From the NCBI GenBank assembly GCA_045629485.1, contig JAZQRF010000199.1, forward strand, positions 21,932-85,931: a stretch of DNA of 64,000 nt, given 5' to 3'. The first letter of the stretch is position 1. Each line of letters starts with the position of its first letter. The notes below the pieces were generated by a model, which searched no databases, was not told the origin of the DNA, and saw only the letters and a list, made by a program, of their open reading frames with translations. The DNA is from Pelobium sp. Its GTDB lineage: Bacteria > Bacteroidota > Bacteroidia > Sphingobacteriales > Sphingobacteriaceae. This document shows, piece after piece, positions 40,646-49,047 of this stretch. Both the position numbers and the translations under genes were made by a program.

Positions 40646-40827
40646 GTAGTATTTATTTCCTTATTGCCTGTAGCATATTTGTAGCGCTACTATTCCTTAT
40701 AGCCTTTTTATGGGCGCAAAAAAGCGGACAAAACGATGATTTATATACTCCATCTATAAGGATGCTGATAGATGATGAAGTAATTGACGACGAAAAAGAA
40801 GGGCAGGAGCCTAAACAGAGCAGTTAA
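40642..40827 (+). CDS. ccoS: cbb3-type cytochrome oxidase assembly protein CcoS
   Basis: 61 aa with a single TM segment followed by SGQNDDLYTPSIRMLIDDE, which is typical of CcoS. ATGA overlap with ccoI. Confidence 0.8.
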   Translation: MSSIYFLIACSIFVALLFLIAFLWAQKSGQNDDLYTPSIRMLIDDEVIDDEKEGQEPKQSS

Positions 40828-40944
40828 TCCTTTGTTTTGCCAAATTCAATTTTAGAGATACAGGAAGTTAGCGCTTTATTACTTATCGCCGTAGAAATCC
40901 CGGCATAACTACCACCTATAATTATTACATCATATTATTGTTTA

Positions 40945-41340
40945 TCATACCAGGCGTTCTAATTTCCCTTTTCTCTTCACCAGGTTTTTATAATCCCATT
41001 GGATCTCTTTTGATTTCTTTAACCAACGGTCTAACTGGTTGATGTCTATTTCGGCAAGCGAATTATAGAAAACAGAAGCGTCTTTAAACTTACTCCCTTT
41101 TACAGGTAACCCTTCTTCTTCAAAACCGGCACCGCTCCAAAACATTAAGCGAATGCCTGCTTTCTGTTTGCTGTAACCCACAATAGGGTTGCCATTTAAA
41201 AACCAAACAGGGTGTGCATGCCATATTTTATTTTCGGCCTCGGGCAGCCTGAGGGTGATTTCATGCGATAAGGTATCACAGATTTTTCGATCTTCTTCTG
41301 ATTGCGAACTATTGTATAACGCTATGTCTTTATTGATCAT
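40945..41340 (-). CDS. DUF1801 (YdhG-like) domain protein
   Basis: 131 aa. The sequence pattern (...IWHAHPVWFLNGNPIVGYS...MFWSG) resembles the DUF1801 family. The assignment is from memory only. Confidence 0.7.
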   Translation of the reverse strand: MINKDIALYNSSQSEEDRKICDTLSHEITLRLPEAENKIWHAHPVWFLNGNPIVGYSKQKAGIRLMFWSGAGFEEEGLPVKGSKFKDASVFYNSLAEIDINQLDRWLKKSKEIQWDYKNLVKRKGKLERLV

Positions 41341-41384
41341 CGATTAAAAAACAGGTTGATGCAATATACGAAGAATGAATTACC

Positions 41385-41831
41385 TTACGGAATTAAACCT
41401 TTTTCTTCCAGTGCTTTTTGCTCATCTCCGGTGATATAAGAAAATATCTTATGCTCCTCGTCTATAGACCAGGTAAAGTAAATCACATCAAATTTTATAC
41501 TTCCCTTAGAACCGTCTTTTCTTACAAAGTTGGTTTTCCAATGAATCTTCGTCATGTTATGATAAGCATCTAAAGCAGTTATCTCTTTAGAGACAATATC
41601 CATAGAGGTTATGCCTATGCTTCGGTAAAATACATATCCTTCTGCTATGTTCTTCCTAAAATCTTTGTCGTTTTTACCGCAGATAACGCCCAGAGGGCTC
41701 GATTCTATAAAGCAATTAGCAAAAGAATTTACTGTTGCATCAATGTCTGATGGCTCGTCGTTTAATGCCTGATTCACCCGCTGCGCATATTCATCGAAAA
41801 AGGTTTCCAGTTGTTGGATGCTTTTGTTCAT
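41385..41831 (-). CDS. hypothetical protein (possibly NTF2/SnoaL-like fold)
   Basis: I place the start at the ATG giving MNKSIQQLETFFDEYAQRV.... The upstream extension to 41888 is hydrophobic and junk-like. The fold guess is weak. Confidence 0.5.
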   Translation of the reverse strand: MNKSIQQLETFFDEYAQRVNQALNDEPSDIDATVNSFANCFIESSPLGVICGKNDKDFRKNIAEGYVFYRSIGITSMDIVSKEITALDAYHNMTKIHWKTNFVRKDGSKGSIKFDVIYFTWSIDEEHKIFSYITGDEQKALEEKGLIP

Positions 41832-41941
41832 GACTCTGTAATTTTGGTTTCCATAATTTAATATTAAATACCGTACCATTATCAGCAAAATTTTTGCATT
41901 GGGTGCATATAATTGTCTTATGTAGAGTAAGATGGATTGTT

Positions 41942-42797
41942 TTACTCTGGCATAAACTTCTCTATAAGTGCAGCTACAGCTGTAAAATTTGTTTCCAGCA
42001 GCATATGTCCACCCTCCAGGATATGGATTTCTGCTTCGGGTAAATCTCTCTTATAACAATGTGCCTCGGCAACATTAAAGAAAACATCGTACTTACCCCA
42101 CATTACCAGTGCCCTGGGCTGATGTTTACGAAAGTATTCCTGAAAAGAAGGAAACAGTGCTAAATTAGTTTTATAGGTAGTGTTAAGCTTAAACTGCATG
42201 GCTATGTTCCGCGGCCTGCGCATCCGTTCCCAATCCAGTATCCACGCTTCCGGACTTACACAGGGCAATAACTTTTTAGGTAAGCCGGCAAAATACTGTT
42301 GCATAGTGCCTTCTTTGCTTAAAAATGCCGCTACTTTTTTCTTTGGTAGGATTTTCCCAATAGTCTTTTGTTTCGCCCCATTGCGGCCCTAAACCTTCGG
42401 GACAGGCATTGCCGTTCTGTACAACTATTTTTTCTATCCGCTGTGGGTGCTGCAAACAAATACGTAAGCCTATGGGGCAGCCATAATCATGAAGATAGAT
42501 AGTAAAAGCGTTTAAGTTTATAGCCTCTGTAAACTTGCTTATGCAGGATGAAATATTCTCAAAAGAATAGTCGAAATCCTTCATCAGGGGGAAATCGCTA
42601 AAGCCGAAGCCGGGATAATCCGGAGCAATAAGATAATACTTATCAGAGAACAATGTCATCAGGTTTTTAAACATCGCCGAAGATGCCGGGAAACCATGTA
42701 AAAGCAGCAAAGTGGGATTTTTCTTGTGACCTGCCTCGCGGTAAAAGATGTTTATTCCGTTTACACGAACTGTATGATGATAAATCTGCTGATCCAT
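41942..42797 (-). pseudogene. alpha/beta-fold hydrolase (epoxide hydrolase/haloalkane dehalogenase-like), frameshifted
   Basis: ORFs 42276..42797 (N-terminal part, LLLLHGFPASS, nucleophile elbow LHDYGCPIG) and 41942..42304 (C-terminal part ending ...ILEGGHMLLETN) are two halves of one protein. The frames rejoin if the coding-strand A6 run (42335..42340) is shortened to A5, which gives ...ENPTKEKVAAFLSKEGTMQQYFAGLP.... Confidence 0.75.
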
Positions 42798-42909
42798 TAT
42801 GATAATGCCCAGTTATCCCTGTTAAAGATCTTTTCTTTTATAAAGATTGCACTCGATGTATTTACCAGCAAAATACATTCCGCTTCGTTTTTATGATGAT
42901 GATTTTTTA

Positions 42910-44148
42910 CTACTTAGCTTTCGCGGCGAAGTAATTAACGCTGTAGTAAAACCCAATACTCACTAAAACGAGAACGATACCTGTACCAATCCAAAGGTTA
43001 TTAAAACCAAAAAGATCGGCAAGCTTAGATCCCAGCAGCGGAGAAATAATAAAGGCGATAGAAGTAGACATCCCGTTTACACCCATATAAGCCCCTTCGC
43101 TGCCTTTTGTTGCCCGCATGGCTGCAACTGTAGACATAAAAGGCAATATCAATATTTCGCCCATGCTGAGGAGTGTGATAGAAACCACCAGGATAACCAT
43201 GGTATAGCTAAAGCCCAACATCCCGTAAGACAGGGCACACATCAGGGTGCCGTAAAACATGGTTTGTGCAATACTTAGCCTTCTCTCGGCAAAGTTAACC
43301 ATCAGCATCTCCAGGGCTACCACTACAATACCGCTGTAGCCCAATAGTAAACCAATGCTTTGTTGGTTTAAACCCACATCGTTTTTGTAAAACATGGGCA
43401 GGGTATTTAAAAGCTGGAAGAAACAAGTTGCAAATAAAGTACAGAGTATGCTAAAAATAATAAACTTCCCGTCTTTATAAGGCGAGCGGGCTTTAATAGC
43501 TATCTTTTCTGGCTCCAGATCCATAGTTTTAAGATGTGCCTGCCTGCGTGTAAACAAAAGGTGCCTGCGCCTAAAGAAATAAACATACACCAGGCCAGCA
43601 ATGATTGCACCTGCACCATTGGCATAGAAAAGAAAGTTATAAGATATGGCTGCCAATATACCTCCCAGTGCCGGGCCAATGGTAAACCCCAAATTCATGG
43701 CCATACGGTTAAGAGAGAAAGATTTCGTAATCTTTGCGGGCTTTGTATATTTCATTACTGCCACAGAGTTTGCCGGCCTAAATGTTTCGGTAATTAGACT
43801 CTGTACAAAAATCATCAGCGAAAGCATTTCTACACTTTCATACAAAGGCAGCAGACAATAGAAGGGAGCGCTTAAAAAGAGGCTATAGGCTTGTACTTTA
43901 TACTCCCCAAACTTATCGGTAAGTAAACCACCCAACCACGAACCCACTACGGCACCTACACCAAAGAAGCTCAATACAATGCCAGATTGTGCAATGCTAA
44001 ACTCCAGTTTATCTACCATATAAACACCCAGGAAAGGCAATACCATTGCACCGGTACGGTTCAGCAGCATTACCAAAGCCAGCATCCACGATTCTTTAGC
44101 CAGCCCCCGGTAAGAATCTAAGTATAAACGGGTTAATTTTCTGATCAT
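42910..44148 (-). CDS. MFS transporter
   Basis: 412 aa, about 12 TM segments and an MFS-like loop motif (LTDKFGEYK). Confidence 0.85.
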   Translation of the reverse strand: MIRKLTRLYLDSYRGLAKESWMLALVMLLNRTGAMVLPFLGVYMVDKLEFSIAQSGIVLSFFGVGAVVGSWLGGLLTDKFGEYKVQAYSLFLSAPFYCLLPLYESVEMLSLMIFVQSLITETFRPANSVAVMKYTKPAKITKSFSLNRMAMNLGFTIGPALGGILAAISYNFLFYANGAGAIIAGLVYVYFFRRRHLLFTRRQAHLKTMDLEPEKIAIKARSPYKDGKFIIFSILCTLFATCFFQLLNTLPMFYKNDVGLNQQSIGLLLGYSGIVVVALEMLMVNFAERRLSIAQTMFYGTLMCALSYGMLGFSYTMVILVVSITLLSMGEILILPFMSTVAAMRATKGSEGAYMGVNGMSTSIAFIISPLLGSKLADLFGFNNLWIGTGIVLVLVSIGFYYSVNYFAAKAK

Positions 44149-44580
44149 AAACAGGCAACAGCCATTTATTTAAATAGCGAAGTTAGTACTTAGACGTCTA
44201 TTTATGCCTAAGTGCTACAAATTTTACATTTAAACAGGAGCGGGAAGGCGAGGAGTTTTGAAAGAACCGCGGGTCTAGGGATTTGTGGCATATCGCACCG
44301 GAAGATGTAATAGCCAGTTTGGTGTAAACAATTTTATTATTCGTACTAAAGCATCCTGCCAATTGCCTATCTTTTCGTATTAAAATACCTGGTTTATTGG
44401 CGGTTTGCTTTAATCCAATCCTTATCAACTCCTACCTGTTAATTTGTGCTCGGTAATATTAACAAGGGTAGTGCAGTAAAAGGTTATTTTTTTTAAAAAT
44501 AATTTTATTAATTACTTGGTTTGTTGTTGTTTAGTATTTATCTTTAATTTTAATACGGATTAAGTTTAGCATAGTTAATA

Positions 44581-44617
44581 CCTTTAGTTCTTTTGTTAGG
44601 GCTAAAGGTTTTTTTTT
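44581..44617 (+). terminator. orphan rho-independent terminator
   Basis: 10-bp stem CCTTTAGTTC/GGGCTAAAGG (two G-U pairs), 8-nt loop, then T9. There is no + strand ORF upstream of it. It is unidirectional, with no T-tail on the minus strand. Confidence 0.6.
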
Positions 44618-44683
44618 CGCTTTTATGATGGTGATCGAAACTATTCCATCCCTACCAGGTTTCAAAAAAGGAACATAAATACT

Positions 44684-44691
44684 TATCTTTG
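44684..44691 (+). promoter_or_regulatory. candidate Bacteroidota sigma-A -7 box (TATCTTTG)
   Basis: Exact TAnnTTTG match 42 nt upstream of the kinase ATG at 44733. Confidence 0.35.
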
Positions 44692-44732
44692 CCCATTTTC
44701 GCACTGGTTGTTTAGGCTAATGCGATCACTGT

Positions 44733-46190
44733 ATGAAAACTATCAAAGGCAAAATCGTTTATATATTTATTGCAATAGCCATTTTCTTTGTGTTGCTGGG
44801 GAGCATTACTATTAGCTTAATAGATCATAAATTACAGGATTTTAATACAACTACCCTTAAAAAACTGGCGAACGAAAAATCTTTATTGGTTAAACAAGAG
44901 CTTGGGTCCGTAAGTCGTTCTCTTACCATTCTAACCAAATTTACCAGGCAGCAACAGTTTGCCCTTGTAAATAATTTACTAAATGAAGAGCAGCTTTATA
45001 ATTATGTAATAGGTTATTCTTACTCAGGAGAGAAGGGAAATGAAGTAAATTTTATCAGCAGAAATGCGCAGAACAGTGATAGCTTATTTACCGTTGCCAA
45101 CTTTGCATTGGTAGAAGAGCATACTTATTATAAAATTAATAACGACTACGTTACCGTTTGGGAGATTCCTGTATCTGACTATGGCAGCGAAAAGCTTAAG
45201 TTTTTTGTGAGCCTTAAACAATTAAATAGCCGTTTCTGGAACGAGTCTTTAGGCTCTTATGCCTACATAGAGGTTTATGATCCAAAAGGTATTTGCATCA
45301 TTAGTCCGGATGAGATGAAAATAGGCACACCAGATCTGGGGGTTCTTAAAACATTTAATCAGAAGATTGATACGGTTAAGCAATCTGAATATTTAGAGCT
45401 GCCTGTGCTGCAAAAATCTTATGCTTTAAGCGGTATATTCGATAGCTATAAAATGATTGTTTCTGTGCCTTTGATGATTGTAGCAAACGATTCATCAGAA
45501 ATTAGCCATTTGATCTGGATGTTATGGGGAGTTGGAATTGTAACCCTATCTCTCTTTTTATTCTTCATCATCAAACAAAACAATAAACAATACCAGCTGC
45601 AAATGCAAACGCTCGCCTATCAGCATGAAAAAGCCACGTTCGAACTCAGTAACCTCAAACAAAAAATAAACCCGCACTTTTTGTTTAATACCCTGGGCAC
45701 CCTGCAGCAGTTGATAGTTAAAGACCCTCCTCTGGCAAAAAAGTTTGTCACCAAGCTGGCTAAAGTATACCGTAAACTGCTAAATGTTTCTACCTCTGGC
45801 ACCTCTACACTTAAAGACGAGCTGGACTTTATGGAAGAATATTTCTTTTTGCTAAAGATAAGGTTTGGAGATACCCTATTGCCTCTAGATTTAGACATTG
45901 ATGAGGCAGTGTTAAACCATAAATTACCCACGCTAAGTTTGCAAATGCTCATCGAAAATGCGGTTAAACATAACGAGCTTACGCTCGAGCATCCTTTAAG
46001 CATACACATTAGTGCAAATGCCGGCGGGGTAGTGGTAAAGAATGCAAAATGTTTAAGAAACGGATCGGTAGACTCCGAAGGGTATGGCAGCAAAGTGCTG
46101 TTAAAAACCTACCAGTATTATAAAGTTACGGGCTATAAGGTGGTAGCAGATAAAGATACTTTTACTGTTTATTTACCTTTTATACCGTAA
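44733..46190 (+). CDS. sensor histidine kinase, LytS/YehU (His_kinase PF06580-type) family
   Basis: 485 aa. TM1 near residues 9-29, an extracytoplasmic domain of about 230 aa, TM2 near 260-280, H-box NPHFLFNTLGTL and N-box LIENAVKHN. Confidence 0.85.
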   Translation: MKTIKGKIVYIFIAIAIFFVLLGSITISLIDHKLQDFNTTTLKKLANEKSLLVKQELGSVSRSLTILTKFTRQQQFALVNNLLNEEQLYNYVIGYSYSGEKGNEVNFISRNAQNSDSLFTVANFALVEEHTYYKINNDYVTVWEIPVSDYGSEKLKFFVSLKQLNSRFWNESLGSYAYIEVYDPKGICIISPDEMKIGTPDLGVLKTFNQKIDTVKQSEYLELPVLQKSYALSGIFDSYKMIVSVPLMIVANDSSEISHLIWMLWGVGIVTLSLFLFFIIKQNNKQYQLQMQTLAYQHEKATFELSNLKQKINPHFLFNTLGTLQQLIVKDPPLAKKFVTKLAKVYRKLLNVSTSGTSTLKDELDFMEEYFFLLKIRFGDTLLPLDLDIDEAVLNHKLPTLSLQMLIENAVKHNELTLEHPLSIHISANAGGVVVKNAKCLRNGSVDSEGYGSKVLLKTYQYYKVTGYKVVADKDTFTVYLPFIP

Positions 46191-46384
46191 AGCTGTTTTT
46201 TTTAGCTCCCTTTATTAGTGGTTTCACTCCTTTATATCACGTATCCACGGAATTTTATTTGTTATCGGGCCTGTAGTTCCTGAAATTCATTGCCTGTTTT
46301 AGTGCAATTATCCCAACCAATCAAAAACTACAACGATTGCATGGATACTGCACATTATTTACAAGCTCTTTATTTAATTAATTG

Positions 46385-49021
46385 ATGAATTTATTTGGTT
46401 TCAGAATAGCTCCTCTTTACATATACAGCTTATCATTCTTACTGCTCTTATCTTCCTGTAAAACGTTCGACTCCTGGGGCAGGAAAAAATCTAAAAACAA
46501 AGACACAGCTATTGCCACTACTGCAAAAAAAGACAGCTCTGCAAAATACAGCGATATCTATAAGAAATCTATAGTAGACTCCGGGCTGTTTAATGTTATC
46601 AAAAAAGAAAAAGACTATTACTTTGATATTCCGGTTTCTAAACTGGGGAAAGACTTTTTGCTGGTAAATAAGATATCATCTGTACCACTGGCAATAAACG
46701 AAGCAGGCATTAATAAGGGAATCAACTTTGATAACAAAGTGATTCGTTTCTCTATTAATAAAGACCGCTCTGAGGTATGGGTAAGCGAAATTAAACCCCA
46801 GATAGAAGTACCTGCAACGGCAGCAATTGCGCTTTCTGTATCTGCTAACTTTACAGATTCTTTTATAGAGTCTTTTAAAATCGAGTCTTACAGCAAAGAT
46901 TCTTCTTCTGTACTGGTAAAGGTAAACAAGGTGTTTGATGGCAGCGAAAAAAGCTTTAACGATGTATTTACGCAACTGGGTTTAGGTACATCTGCAAGAA
47001 CAACCCTATCTGTAATAGAAACTGCAAAAAGCTTTAATGGCAATATTGTAATCAGGTCGGTACTCTCTACCCGTGTGGTAGAAGGCAGAGATGCGCTTCC
47101 GGTGAGTTTACGTGTTACCAGTAACATATACGAACTGGCAGAGAAGCCTATGGTACCAAGATTTTCTGATCCGCGGGTTGGATATTTCACGGTTCCAAGA
47201 TGGTACTTCTCTGATGAGCAGCAGGAGCTCGAGAAAAGAGAACTGGTAACCCGCTGGCGTTTAGAACCTAAAGAAGAAGACATCAGGCGCTACCTTAAAG
47301 GCGAGCTGGTTGAGCCTAAGAAACCTATTGTTTTTTATATAGACCCTGCAACACCAAAACAATGGAGAAAAGACATTATCGCAGGTGTACACGACTGGCA
47401 GGCAGCTTTTGAAGCAGCAGGCTTTAAAAACGCAATTATTGCAAAAGAAGTAACAGATAGCTTAAATTTTGATGTGGATGATGTAAACATCTCTGCCATT
47501 ACCTATGCGGCTTCTCCGCAGGCCAATGCAATGGGCCCATCGGTAGTAGATCCGCGTTCGGGCGAGATCATAGAAGCAGATGTGATTTGGTGGCACAATG
47601 TAATGACGGCTTTAAATTCATGGATGCGTATCCAAACCGGCACAGTAGACAGTACAGTAAGAGGCAACGTATTTAGTGATGAGAAAATGGCACATGCTAT
47701 ACGCTTTGTGTCTTCGCATGAGATTGGCCACACGCTCGGTTTAAAGCACAACATGGGTTCTTCCCATAGCTTCCCGGTAGATTCTTTGCGTTCTCCTGCA
47801 TTTACCAAACGTATGGGCGGTACTGCAACCTCTATTATGGATTATGCCCGTTTCAATTACGTGGCACAGCCGGGTGATGGGGTAGAGTACATTACACCAA
47901 GCATAGGTTTGTATGATAAATATGCCATTGCATGGGCTTACAGGTGGTATGCAGCTGAAAACCCCTGGGAAGAGCTGCCTAAGCTGCGTCGCGAGATTGC
48001 CAAACACCAGGACGATCCGCATTTCCGCTATGGCGAGCAGCAGGATTATAAAAATGTAGTCGACCCTCGTTCGCAATCAGAAGATCTGGGAGACAATGCC
48101 ATGCTTGCCGGCAAGTACGGGATGAACAATCTTAAATTGATTATGCCGGAGATTATTAACTGGACAACCGCAAAAGGCGAAAGCTATGAAAAAGCAGGTA
48201 AGCTTTATATGGGTGTTTGGGGGCAATGGTTTACCTATGCAGACCATGTGCTAAACAACATTGGAGGTATTTATTTAGAAAACCCGGTACTTGGCGATAA
48301 TAAAAATGCTTACGCACCTGTACCGCGTAATATCCAGGTACAAGCGCTGGACTATCTAAAGAAAAATGTATTACAAATCCCTGACTGGCTATTTGATAAG
48401 GAATTGGTATTAAAAACGTTTGCTTTAAGAGCGAGCCCTATTGGGGATTTTGAATATGCGCCTTATGATTTAAAACGCGAATTCCAATACAGTTTACTGT
48501 ATAAAATGGTGCAGGATGAACGACTGCTGCGGATGACGGAAATGGAATTACTGTTTGGCAAAGAACAGGCCTGGAGCCTGGATAGCTACCTTACTGAATT
48601 ACGTAAAGAGATTTTTAAAAGTACGCTCGCCGGTGCTGCTTTAACTATTGATGCCCGTATGTTGCAGCAAAATTATATAGATGTGCTATTGGTTACCACC
48701 AATAAATCTATGGAAAAACTAAACAACAGAAAACTAAACAGGGTAACAGAACTGATGGCACAGGCTAAACCAGATTTGTGTTCTATCCAATCTCACCAAC
48801 ATACCCTTGCCGGAACCGACGTAGAGCTTGGTGCACAGGATAAGGAGTTAAGAAATATACATGTTACAGGAATGTTCAGAACAAGTGAAATGCTTACCGC
48901 GAAACGAGCAGAATTGATGAACATACTAGCCCTGTTAAAAAGTAGCAGGGCAGGTGATAGCATGACGAAAGCGCATTACCAGGATTTAATTTTAAGAATA
49001 GAAAACACAATTAACAAATAA
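46385..49021 (+). CDS. zinc-dependent metalloprotease lipoprotein (metzincin-type HExxHxxGxxH)
   Basis: About 878 aa starting at the ATG at 46385. Lipobox LLLLSSC, HEIGHTLGLKH at 47717..47749 and a downstream SIMDY motif. There is no T9SS-like C-terminal domain that I can see. Confidence 0.85.
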   Translation: MNLFGFRIAPLYIYSLSFLLLLSSCKTFDSWGRKKSKNKDTAIATTAKKDSSAKYSDIYKKSIVDSGLFNVIKKEKDYYFDIPVSKLGKDFLLVNKISSVPLAINEAGINKGINFDNKVIRFSINKDRSEVWVSEIKPQIEVPATAAIALSVSANFTDSFIESFKIESYSKDSSSVLVKVNKVFDGSEKSFNDVFTQLGLGTSARTTLSVIETAKSFNGNIVIRSVLSTRVVEGRDALPVSLRVTSNIYELAEKPMVPRFSDPRVGYFTVPRWYFSDEQQELEKRELVTRWRLEPKEEDIRRYLKGELVEPKKPIVFYIDPATPKQWRKDIIAGVHDWQAAFEAAGFKNAIIAKEVTDSLNFDVDDVNISAITYAASPQANAMGPSVVDPRSGEIIEADVIWWHNVMTALNSWMRIQTGTVDSTVRGNVFSDEKMAHAIRFVSSHEIGHTLGLKHNMGSSHSFPVDSLRSPAFTKRMGGTATSIMDYARFNYVAQPGDGVEYITPSIGLYDKYAIAWAYRWYAAENPWEELPKLRREIAKHQDDPHFRYGEQQDYKNVVDPRSQSEDLGDNAMLAGKYGMNNLKLIMPEIINWTTAKGESYEKAGKLYMGVWGQWFTYADHVLNNIGGIYLENPVLGDNKNAYAPVPRNIQVQALDYLKKNVLQIPDWLFDKELVLKTFALRASPIGDFEYAPYDLKREFQYSLLYKMVQDERLLRMTEMELLFGKEQAWSLDSYLTELRKEIFKSTLAGAALTIDARMLQQNYIDVLLVTTNKSMEKLNNRKLNRVTELMAQAKPDLCSIQSHQHTLAGTDVELGAQDKELRNIHVTGMFRTSEMLTAKRAELMNILALLKSSRAGDSMTKAHYQDLILRIENTINK

Positions 49022-49047
49022 AAACAACAAACAATAAAAACAACTTC

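Noticed and set aside
41832-41888. Upstream extension of the NTF2-like ORF
   Set aside because: The extension (MLIMVRYLILNYGNQNYRV) looks like translated promoter region. The internal ATG gives a sensible soluble N-terminus.
40945-44148. Interpreting the minus-strand accessory block as a mobile element or genomic island
   Set aside because: I could see no integrase, transposase, flanking tRNA, or direct or inverted terminal repeats. Only the synteny break and a by-eye composition shift support foreign origin, so I report it as a breakpoint hypothesis only.
44198-44428. 76-aa ORF in the large intergenic gap
   Set aside because: It initiates at TTG, has no signal, motif or promoter box, and has an Arg/Ser/Cys-rich composition. 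I treat the region as non-coding (see the finding on 44149-44732).
45620-46093. 157-aa ORF on the - strand
   Set aside because: It is antisense to the catalytic core of the LytS-type kinase gene and has no recognisable features.
46676-48076. Several 99-131-aa ORFs on the - strand (46676-46975, 46888-47283, 47503-47808, 47741-48076)
   Set aside because: All are antisense to the metalloprotease gene, whose frame carries the HExxHxxGxxH site. They are artefacts of the locally higher GC.
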